Shown here one piece after another: positions 47,764-56,214 of a DNA stretch of 64,000 nt; position 1 is the first letter of the stretch, and every line of letters starts with the position of its first letter. A model generated the notes under the pieces. That model saw only the letters and a program-made list of their open reading frames with translations. It ran no database searches and had not been told where the DNA came from. The position numbers were made by a program, and so were the translations under genes. The stretch comes from Oligoflexia bacterium (GTDB lineage: Bacteria; Bdellovibrionota; UBA1018): contig CAVWVI010000004.1 in NCBI GenBank assembly GCA_963758495.1, positions 256,001-320,000 of the forward strand. Reading direction: 5' to 3'.

Positions 47764-48090
47764 ATGAGTTATTTTAAAGTTAAAGACATAAATATTATTA
47801 CTGAAATACACGACGAAGAATATAAAAATTTTTATATTCAGGCGCACTGTGAAATTATCGAGGCAACGAATCCTATAGGAGGCGAAGCTATTATAGTCAA
47901 CATCGTTAGTCCACTCTATTTGGAGAACAATCTTGAAAATTCTATTAAATTCGGTCGTGGATTAATTCTGTGTAATGATTATGATAAACTCAAAATAATG
48001 AATCAGCTTCAATCTTTAATCGAAAAAAGTAAATCAAATACTTGGCAAGAACTTTCAATATATATTGAAAAATATTTTAATTGGGTCTGA
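47764..48090 (+). CDS. Immunity protein, Imm8-like
   Basis: Directly after the toxin; G.E...V.IVSP..L...GRGL.L...YD...I...L...I....TW.EL...I..YF.W resembles Imm8. Confidence 0.7.
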   Translation: MSYFKVKDINIITEIHDEEYKNFYIQAHCEIIEATNPIGGEAIIVNIVSPLYLENNLENSIKFGRGLILCNDYDKLKIMNQLQSLIEKSKSNTWQELSIYIEKYFNWV

Positions 48091-48141
48091 TATAGTAATT
48101 AATATTAAATAACTATTATATAAAACGTAATAACTCGGAGA

Positions 48142-48532
48142 GTTACCATTCTGAACCGATTGCATCGATACAAGTGGGTGACACTGTTGCAAGCTGTAAT
48201 CTAGAATTAGGTGAAGAGGCTTGTGAATGCCGTCAAGTACAACAGGTATTTAAAAACACTGCTGACCATTTGATTCAGCTTTCTTTTGATGGAAAAATAT
48301 TAAAAACTACAGATGAACACCCATTCTATGTTGTAAATAAAAAGGATTGGGTTGAAGCTCGATATCTTCGAATTGGGGATCAACTTCAGAGCATCTCAGG
48401 AGATATTGTTCTTTTAGATGATATTAGTGAAGAGTATGGTCAATTTGATGTTTATAATTTAGATGTCCAAGGGAATCATAATTATTATGCGGCTGATGTT
48501 TTAGTTCACAATTGTAATGAAGGTGCTAAAGT
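48142..48532 (+). repeat. ~390-bp direct repeat, copy 2 (5'-truncated Hint)
   Basis: Near-identical to 46956-47346; divergence starts a few codons after HNC. Confidence 0.95.
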
Positions 48533-48854
48533 AGCCGCTAGAGCTGCCTTAGCCGAAAGCACTAGTGCAGTACAAGCATTAAATCTAAGTAAATCACTTG
48601 CTAGTGAAGCACAAATAGCTGAGGTAGGAACCAGAATCGCAGGTGAAGGTGCAAAAGAAATATTTCGAGATGCGTTAAAAGCGGCTGAGAGATACGGTGG
48701 CTCAGCAAGTGATTACGTGAAAATGAGTAGTTCTGCTTTTGCAGCTAAGGACGGAATGAAGATGTCAACTCATTGGATTCAAAATATCGTAACAGGAAGT
48801 CAACACGAAGTGAAAACGATTGTAAATGAATTTGTAAGATCTAGAAAAAATTGA
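48142..48854 (+). CDS. Orphan toxin cassette: truncated Hint plus alternative toxin tip
   Basis: Frame open from an in-frame TAA at 48096-48098, with no ATG before the Hint fragment (ORF track uses GTG 48174). Lacks Hint Cys1. Tip IAGEG...FRDA...YGG....VKMSS...THWIQN..TG..HEVK. Confidence 0.8.
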
Positions 48855-49216
48855 GGTTTAGAATGGAACATCTATCACATAATGAATTCGTATCAAAAAA
48901 AAGATGTGAATTAAGAGAATTGGCCAATAAATTAATTAATAATGACATAGACGTTATTGATGGCTGTAGACACATTGTTGACATATTTAACCAAATTGAC
49001 TTTCCTGAGTCAGACACTTATTTCTACTTTGTAGGCATTGTCTCGCAGACTGATGATATACCAAGAGGCACTTATCGAGACTTATGCGCTCCTTTATTCT
49101 TAAAGAAAAAAGATGAAGAAGCAACCGACTTCATTCGACAAATAAAATCTAATCTTATTAAAAATTGCTATGAGCTAATTACCGCTCTAAAGAATCAAGA
49201 TAATGAATGCCCATAA
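48851..49216 (+). CDS. Putative immunity protein for the orphan tip (DUF2489-like)
   Basis: Abuts the orphan tip; A..LI...ID..DGCR.I...F.GI.SQTDD.P.G..R pattern. ATG start probably 48863. Confidence 0.65.
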   Translation: MRFRMEHLSHNEFVSKKRCELRELANKLINNDIDVIDGCRHIVDIFNQIDFPESDTYFYFVGIVSQTDDIPRGTYRDLCAPLFLKKKDEEATDFIRQIKSNLIKNCYELITALKNQDNECP

Positions 49217-49448
49217 AATGCATTTTATACCTAGGGACACTTTTCCACATAAAAATCCGCACGGTCATGTAGAGGAACTAAATAGTGAATTATATCTTTA
49301 ATGAAATCGAAATTAATACTTTTAAATTAATCCTAACTTACGCCGAATATGAATCATTATTTTCAAAACTTGTGAATAAGGGTGCCGTTAGCGGAATTGC
49401 TTTCAATGAGGTCCTAGCTCAAGTAAAATAAAAGAAGGTCTAAATAAG

Positions 49449-49772
49449 TTGGGAAATCTTGTTAATCAATTATCATATCAGAGCTCAGATCAAAATAAAA
49501 TTAGAATGCAATTAGAAGGTGTACATGAGATTTTACAAGACTACAGGGACCATTTAGATGATATAAATGGTCCTCTCGGTGTAGAACATTTAAATATTAT
49601 CGAAAAAAGTTTAAATGTGGCGGATCAAAATTTAAACAAAGCTGCTGAAAATGTTTCTCGCGCGGATACTCAGAATGTATCCTATTATTTAAAAAATAAT
49701 ATTAAAGAGTTAAAAAACAAAATAAATGAGTATAGGTTAAATCGGTTGAAAGCAGAGCACATGCCGAATTGA
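49449..49772 (+). CDS. Hypothetical helical protein, possibly a gene fragment
   Basis: 107-aa ORF in AT-rich DNA, TTG start, no recognisable motif. Confidence 0.4.
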   Translation: MGNLVNQLSYQSSDQNKIRMQLEGVHEILQDYRDHLDDINGPLGVEHLNIIEKSLNVADQNLNKAAENVSRADTQNVSYYLKNNIKELKNKINEYRLNRLKAEHMPN

Positions 49773-49903
49773 CACTCATGTTACTACCCGTGTTTGTATT
49801 TCCTTCATTACAAACAGAATCGCTATTCCCATTTGTAGTGGTTGTGTAAGTCCCCTCTGCAATTGTCCATACAATATTATTTTTAACTACTAAGACCATG
49901 CAG

Positions 49904-50725
49904 TTAACCGGCCATGAGGGTCACCATTTCAAGCAATCCACCCACAGTGAGTGACGGCTCCAAACCTACTGGATAACTATTTATAGAATCCTCATTTTTG
50001 ATTAAAACACTTGGCATTCCAGCATTTTTAGCAAATAAAATATCAGACTCGAGCCTATCACCCACCATCACACAATCTTCAACTTTCCAATTAAGTTTAT
50101 TTAATATAATTTCTAACATCAAAAGATTGGGCTTTCCAACTACAACTGTAGGTTGCCTTTGAGAAGCTCCAATAAAAGCACCTACCACTGCACCACATCC
50201 AGGCAAAAGAACTCCATTGTCTGTTGGAAAATAAGCATCTTGATTACAAACAATAAAGGGAACGCCACGAATTAATGCCCTTAGACCTTGTGAAATTTTC
50301 TCATAATTAAAATCTGGATCAAGCCCAACCACAAAAGCGTTACATTTCTCTGGTGAAACAAGTCTGATCCCTTCGCTTTGCAAGAGACTCTTCAGATTGT
50401 CTGTTCCAATAGCATAAACTCCTTTTTCTAATAGGCTGGATTGGCTCTTTAAATAAAATACCAGGCCATTAACAGAAGTCAGTACGTCTTCGAGATGACA
50501 AGAGATACCCAAAGTGAGTAACTTTTTATGAATATCAACGTTGGATCGGCTAGAGTTATTGGTAACAAATGCTATTTTTTTCTTGAGTTGTTTGAGCCGA
50601 TGGATTGCTTCTATTGCGCCAGGGATAGCTTTCCTCCCACGATAGATCACTCCATCCAAATCAATAATAAAACAAGATCTAGATAGAATTTTCTCTAACG
50701 AAGAAATCATATAATCATGATCCAT
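49904..50725 (-). CDS. HAD-IIA (NagD-like) phosphatase
   Basis: DLDGVIY; VTNNS; PGCG; GKP; MVGDRLESDI. Confidence 0.9.
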   Translation of the reverse strand: MDHDYMISSLEKILSRSCFIIDLDGVIYRGRKAIPGAIEAIHRLKQLKKKIAFVTNNSSRSNVDIHKKLLTLGISCHLEDVLTSVNGLVFYLKSQSSLLEKGVYAIGTDNLKSLLQSEGIRLVSPEKCNAFVVGLDPDFNYEKISQGLRALIRGVPFIVCNQDAYFPTDNGVLLPGCGAVVGAFIGASQRQPTVVVGKPNLLMLEIILNKLNWKVEDCVMVGDRLESDILFAKNAGMPSVLIKNEDSINSYPVGLEPSLTVGGLLEMVTLMAG

Positions 50726-50855
50726 TGATTCAATTATACCATCTTCTCATTTTCTATTGATGAAAATTATGGCGCAAACTATTATTTCAAGTCAAGAATA
50801 ATCCTACTAGGCATTCGGATTCAAGGAGAACTGACTGACTGAAAAAATGTATTTT

Positions 50856-51785
50856 TTAAAATACCTTACTCAAATTAATCGCATTATAATTTACGAAATG
50901 AAATAAATCTTCTAATTCATCATTCGAGCTTTTATCCATTACAAATAATTTCTCTTCGAATTTTGAATATTTACTACAATCATTGTCCCATAACCACGTA
51001 AGAAAACCAGAAAGTTTTTCTGCTTCATACTGATCTTGAGCGTATTTTTTAAAATCTTCAATAATCAGATTAAATTCATTAAAGGATTTAATATCTTGTA
51101 TTTTTGAAAGAGGAAAGTCTCTCAATTTAGCTATACTTTCTATGTAGTTTTCAAATTTTGGTACAAATACAGGCGTATAACCATGAGATTCATACCACCC
51201 CTTTCCATTTTGCATGATTTTTAAAAACTTGAGATGAACGCTTTGATTATTTTTATGGCATTTCACTTTAGAAGCATCCACAAGACTCACACGAGAGAGC
51301 GATAAGCTCTTACTGATCGCGTCCACTAAGTCTAAAATAAAACTACCTTTACGTTCATCAGGAAGGGGACAGTGAATTCGACGATCAGTTTTAAGAGTAA
51401 GTAAATCACCAAATCCTTCAGAAAGATCAATCTTAAACAAAAGACACGATAACAGTACAATATCATAGGAACTGTCCCCACCTTGAGCGCCAGATAATAT
51501 GAGATCAACCGTATTGCCATCAAAAGTATAATGTAGCTGAGTAGAGATACCTTGAAATTTTATGTCGATCAACGGGTATTGGGGATCTTTTTGACCTTCA
51601 AAATCCTTTACTAAACTAGAAATAATTTGCTCTAACGTAAGGGCCGTCGGCGAACTACGTCCATAACTCTCTGAACTCGAATTTAAATCATCTGTATAAA
51701 AACGGAAGGAAGAATCTCCACCTGCAAAAACAGAAAAAGGAATCGCAATAAAAGCCGCAAATAGACATACTTTAATAAAATTCAT
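50856..51785 (-). CDS. Secreted hypothetical protein, possible GNAT-like core
   Basis: Signal peptide MNFIKVCLFAAFIAIPFSVFA from ATG 51785; KGSFILDLV...VSLVDAS...GKGWYESHGY. Confidence 0.6.
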   Translation of the reverse strand: MNFIKVCLFAAFIAIPFSVFAGGDSSFRFYTDDLNSSSESYGRSSPTALTLEQIISSLVKDFEGQKDPQYPLIDIKFQGISTQLHYTFDGNTVDLILSGAQGGDSSYDIVLLSCLLFKIDLSEGFGDLLTLKTDRRIHCPLPDERKGSFILDLVDAISKSLSLSRVSLVDASKVKCHKNNQSVHLKFLKIMQNGKGWYESHGYTPVFVPKFENYIESIAKLRDFPLSKIQDIKSFNEFNLIIEDFKKYAQDQYEAEKLSGFLTWLWDNDCSKYSKFEEKLFVMDKSSNDELEDLFHFVNYNAINLSKVF

Positions 51786-51802
51786 AAAAAGATCTCGATC
51801 CA

Positions 51803-52696
51803 TCACAAAAAAGTCAAACTCAGCCAAAGAGAAGCCCATGTGTTTTGCAATGTAGGAGCGGTCAATAAATAATTATTGATAAACACAGAAGCCCAGACAG
51901 TTTCAGAAACATTCATACTGATTCCATTTTGAGTATAGGGCATCCCTGGATCATCCCAAATAAAAGTGGTCCAAGGAGCATTTCTCATGTTTTGGAATGG
52001 CATCGTAACGTAATGTTGAGTTGAAAATTTTGAATTGATCTCATAACTCACCCAGGGCATGAACCACCCATAAGCCCGCATATTTCCTTGAGCATTGGGC
52101 GTGAGATAGCTCGTCGTATATTCTTGAATCATGCCTAAACTCCAATGAGATTGAGGAAAGGCGTAACTCGTATTTGTTCTTATGCCGACTTCAAAAGAAT
52201 TATGAGTTGAGTAGTAGTTATCTACGTCATATTGGACAAATAGATCATAGGTTGTGGATAATTGAGGTACATCGAAAACCTCAGTTCTCCGAATGGCAAA
52301 GCGAGGATGACGAGGAAGAAACTGTATTCCTTGAAAATCAATGTTTGAATTTAAAAATAGAAGCATCCTTTGCCAGTAGACAACTCGATAATGAGGGGCG
52401 ATTTCATAATCTGTCCAAAAAATATGAAAGATGCTGGTTGGAGAAAATGATCTTCCGTTGAACCTGGGAACAGAGCCAGACTCACCGTTTAAGGAAGGCG
52501 TCATGAATTCAGAAAAAGTCCTTACCCTGAGCTTTTTCTTGATGAGTTGCCAGGTGCTTTCGTTTTCAGATGTTTGAGTCAGGGAAATCGGATCTGCATA
52601 GACAGCAGGACTGTAGACATTCGCCAACGTAAAAAAAACCGAGGAAAGGCAAATCAAATGAAATTTTAATTTTTTGATTTGATCCAAGTCCCACAT
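51803..52696 (-). CDS. Hypothetical outer-membrane beta-barrel-like protein
   Basis: Signal peptide; aromatic-rich alternating strands; C-terminal WLSLTFL. Confidence 0.6.
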   Translation of the reverse strand: MWDLDQIKKLKFHLICLSSVFFTLANVYSPAVYADPISLTQTSENESTWQLIKKKLRVRTFSEFMTPSLNGESGSVPRFNGRSFSPTSIFHIFWTDYEIAPHYRVVYWQRMLLFLNSNIDFQGIQFLPRHPRFAIRRTEVFDVPQLSTTYDLFVQYDVDNYYSTHNSFEVGIRTNTSYAFPQSHWSLGMIQEYTTSYLTPNAQGNMRAYGWFMPWVSYEINSKFSTQHYVTMPFQNMRNAPWTTFIWDDPGMPYTQNGISMNVSETVWASVFINNYLLTAPTLQNTWASLWLSLTFL

Positions 52697-52873
52697 GGCT
52701 CTACACCTGCCTCCCTAGGTAAAAGTAAATCGGAAAAAGAATGTTCCCGTATTTTACTGCAATCTATCTTTTACGCGGTTAGTCGCAGAAAATCAAGAAT
52801 ATTTGAGTGTTTTCGTTTTAATTTAAGAAATGATGATCTAAATAGCCATAAGTATATGATATAACTAATGAAA

Positions 52874-53398
52874 CTACTCTCCTGACGCAGGCCAAAGACC
52901 GACTGCAGGATGCTCACCTTTTTCAAGGGAATTTCTAAACGCATTAAACTTCAAGCTTTGATCAGATCGAATCTGATTGATATGAACTTCCTGCTCTTTC
53001 ATTCGTCGAACTCTTTCTTCCACTAGCAACTTATGAAAGGCATCCCTTCTTCGTATAAAGTCATGCATATAAGTTCGACGTTCAGTTCCTTTTGTGTGCT
53101 CTTCAAAAAACTTATGTCGTGCATCATTCTCTAACTGCCGCCACTCTTTTTGACGAATATCTTGAGATGCCTTGAGTTCGTCTAATTCAGACTTGTAACG
53201 ATGCTTCAGTGCCTGCACTTGAGTTTTTTGAGCCCGTACAAATTCCTTTAAGGAAATTGAAAACTCAGTTTGAGTCAAACTAGGGGTCGGTGATGCAGCA
53301 CATAACAGAAGCATTGCAAATGCAAAAAAATATTTTGAATACATTCGAATCCTAATTGAAACCGACCTCATCCTATGTTTTGACAAGCTACGCTCCAA
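52874..53398 (-). CDS. Hypothetical exported coiled-coil protein
   Basis: Hydrophobic leader then charged helices; follows recJ on the same strand. Start uncertain. Confidence 0.6.
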   Translation of the reverse strand: MERSLSKHRMRSVSIRIRMYSKYFFAFAMLLLCAASPTPSLTQTEFSISLKEFVRAQKTQVQALKHRYKSELDELKASQDIRQKEWRQLENDARHKFFEEHTKGTERRTYMHDFIRRRDAFHKLLVEERVRRMKEQEVHINQIRSDQSLKFNAFRNSLEKGEHPAVGLWPASGE

Positions 53399-55181
53399 TC
53401 TTCCGCCAATCTCTCACTCTTAAGGTTGGGGTCATCTGCCCTCGAAAGCGATTCAGTTCTGGGACACCAGCCCATTCCCGCATTTCTTCAAAATTTTCGC
53501 TAGTCGAAATATCCTTTCTTTCAGCCCCATGAAACCAAATGGCTTCAATGGCTGACGAATTCAAGAAAGAAGATCTGGAAGACGTTAAATTGAGTTTTAA
53601 ATGCCGCCCTTTTAAAACGCGATGAGTTCTAACAGACGCCTGAATAGTAAAAACGGGCTCTGGATTGCCCGGACCAAATGGACCTAATCTTTCTAATTCT
53701 TGAAGACTCCTGATATTTAAGTCCTCTATGGTGCAGGCTCCTTCAATCATCAAAGATCCAGAATTTCCCTCAGCCTGTAGCTTTTCTACTGCATGATCAA
53801 AAGCATCTGCGAAATCGTCCATTTGATTTAATCCGACAGATAAACCTGCGGCATACTTATGCCCCCCAAAACCTAATAGATGAGAAGAACATTCTCGAAG
53901 GGCTGCTAAAACATCTTTTCCCCCAAAGGACCTCACACTCCCTTTCCCAAAATCTTCTCGTAATGCAATGACAGCAGCAGGCTTTCGAAAAGTCTCAGTC
54001 ACTCGAGATGCAACAATACCGACTACTCCTTCATGCCATTTGGAATCTGCTATGGCGATACCAAAGCGATATTTTCCTTCAGCAATCCCCTTCTCCACTC
54101 TGACACGCACCTCATCCCAAATTTGATTTTGAAGATTGGCTCTTTCCTGATTTAATCTTTCCAATTCTTGAGCCAACTCAGTCGCACGCTCTGAATCGGT
54201 GGTCGTTAGAAGCTCAAGGGCTAAACTAGCAGAATGCATTCTCCCTGAAGCATTGATTCGAGGGCCTAAAACAAACCCCAAATGAGAAGGACTCAAATCT
54301 TTAGATGCTATGCCAGCCACGTCCATCAGAGCTTTGACTCCTGGCTTTTTGGAATATTTAAGAACATCCATTCCGAATCTTACGAGAATATGATTATCTC
54401 CAGTCAATGGAACCATATCAGCTGCTGTCGCCATGACCACCAAATCTAAATGCTGCTTGAGATTGGGCTCTCTGCCATTTCCAAACCAACCCTCTTGTCG
54501 GCCTCGTATTCTTAAAGCAATTGCTAAATAAAATGCCAAACCACAGCCACAAAGCTGCTTGAGTCCACTTTCACAATCTTTACGTTGTGGATTGATGATA
54601 GCATGGGCTGTAGGTAAACCCTTCGCGGCATCAACTTGATGGTGATCAATAATGATTAACGAAAGACCTAATTCTCGAGCTCGATTTGCGGCATCAAAAC
54701 TAGTGATCCCGCAATCTACTGTAACTAAAACTTGGATGCCTTCTTGAACGGCATCCTCAACAGCACGGATATTTAGACCATACCCATCTTTAAATCGATC
54801 CGGTTGCCTAGCATCAAATAATAAAAAACCAAAATCTCTCAATATCCATGACAGAAGAGCTGCGCCTGTCGTTCCGTCGACATCATAATCCCCAAAGATT
54901 CGAATCCGTTCACCTTGAGCTTTGGCTTGAGAAAGTCTTTCAATTGCCAAATTCATGTCTCGAATCAAATAGGGATTACACAAATTTTCAAATCGAGGCG
55001 ATAAATACTCCTGAATAGTTTCAGGCGTATCAAACCCTCTCAAAATACAAACTCTTAATGTCAGAGGAGAAAGTCCTGTCTCCTTTTGAAGAGAGGCAGC
55101 TAATTCATTCAACTCTCTTTCGCTCTTATCCGACTGATTCCTCAACTTCCATTGCCGATCATCTGACGCCAAATCCATCAT
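53388..55181 (-). CDS. recJ: ssDNA exonuclease RecJ
   Basis: GDYDVDG; TVDCG; DHH; ADMVPL; PRINASGR; GSVRS; GGH..AAG; PFGPGNPEP. Confidence 0.96.
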   Translation of the reverse strand: MMDLASDDRQWKLRNQSDKSERELNELAASLQKETGLSPLTLRVCILRGFDTPETIQEYLSPRFENLCNPYLIRDMNLAIERLSQAKAQGERIRIFGDYDVDGTTGAALLSWILRDFGFLLFDARQPDRFKDGYGLNIRAVEDAVQEGIQVLVTVDCGITSFDAANRARELGLSLIIIDHHQVDAAKGLPTAHAIINPQRKDCESGLKQLCGCGLAFYLAIALRIRGRQEGWFGNGREPNLKQHLDLVVMATAADMVPLTGDNHILVRFGMDVLKYSKKPGVKALMDVAGIASKDLSPSHLGFVLGPRINASGRMHSASLALELLTTTDSERATELAQELERLNQERANLQNQIWDEVRVRVEKGIAEGKYRFGIAIADSKWHEGVVGIVASRVTETFRKPAAVIALREDFGKGSVRSFGGKDVLAALRECSSHLLGFGGHKYAAGLSVGLNQMDDFADAFDHAVEKLQAEGNSGSLMIEGACTIEDLNIRSLQELERLGPFGPGNPEPVFTIQASVRTHRVLKGRHLKLNLTSSRSSFLNSSAIEAIWFHGAERKDISTSENFEEMREWAGVPELNRFRGQMTPTLRVRDWRKIGA

Positions 55182-55200
55182 GTCGACCTTTCTAAAGAAG

Positions 55201-56184
55201 TTATGGGTACTTAGGTTCTGGTCTCACTAAAATCGCCCGTTTTTTCTGAAGAGTGGCTCCTTTTGTTTTCAACTTAAGGGCCCGTTTGTCATGATAATGA
55301 GTAATCACAATAACAAGTGAGCTTGCGATAAAAATAGAAGAATAAGTTCCCACTACAATTCCTACCATCAAGGTAAAAGCAAAATCCTCGATCACTTTTC
55401 CACCGAAAAGCCAAAGTGCAGAGACGGTAAAAAAAGTACAAAGAGAGGTTAAGATCGTTCGTCCTAAAGTCTCATTGACCGCCCGATTGACAACCTTTTC
55501 AATGGAAAGCTCAGGATGTTGAAGAAAAGTTTCACGAACCCGGTCATAAACAATAATGGTATCGTTATTAGAATACCCAATCAAAGCTAAGAGAGCGGCT
55601 AAAATCTGAAGATCAAACTCCTTTTGGGTGAGAATAAAAATACCGAGCGTGAGCATTGTATCATGAAACAGCGCCAGCACTGCACCTGGAGAATACCGAT
55701 AATCAAACCGTATCGTCACATAAATCAAAATACAGAGGAGAGCGTAGAACATAGACAAAAAGCCACTCATGCGAAGTGAGCTACCTGCCGCTGGACCCAC
55801 CACATCTACACTCTGAATTTCAAACTCTCCGGGCTTCAAAGATTTTCCCAAGATGTCGGAAACATTCTTGGCAACCAAATTCAAGGACTTCTCTTCTCCT
55901 TGCGCTTTGATTAAATACTGACTGGCTTCAGGAAGACCAATTTGCTGAACTTTCAGCCCCTTGACTCCCCCACTCTCCAATTCATCTCGGACTTTTCCAA
56001 TATCCCAGCTCGTAGGAACATGGATCTGAACTTCTGCGCCTCCTGTGAAATCAATCCCGTAATTGAGCCCTTTGGTAAAGAGCAACAAAAAGGTTCCGAG
56101 AATAGCGATAACAGAAACACCCATCCATATATTTCGCTTACCTACAAAATCAATTTGGGTTCCTGGCCGAATTAATTCCAACAT
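55201..56184 (-). CDS. secF: Protein translocase subunit SecF
   Basis: GIDFTGG; VGP; HD; IGYS.NDTIIVYDRVRE; GTYSSIF. Confidence 0.95.
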   Translation of the reverse strand: MLELIRPGTQIDFVGKRNIWMGVSVIAILGTFLLLFTKGLNYGIDFTGGAEVQIHVPTSWDIGKVRDELESGGVKGLKVQQIGLPEASQYLIKAQGEEKSLNLVAKNVSDILGKSLKPGEFEIQSVDVVGPAAGSSLRMSGFLSMFYALLCILIYVTIRFDYRYSPGAVLALFHDTMLTLGIFILTQKEFDLQILAALLALIGYSNNDTIIVYDRVRETFLQHPELSIEKVVNRAVNETLGRTILTSLCTFFTVSALWLFGGKVIEDFAFTLMVGIVVGTYSSIFIASSLVIVITHYHDKRALKLKTKGATLQKKRAILVRPEPKYP

Positions 56185-56214
56185 GTCCTAATTCCTTTCA
56201 TCCCAAAAAGCCCA

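Noticed and set aside
49702..49899. 65-aa minus-strand ORF after the HAD phosphatase
   Set aside because: Low complexity, overlaps a plus-strand ORF, no motif; cannot be supported as a gene.
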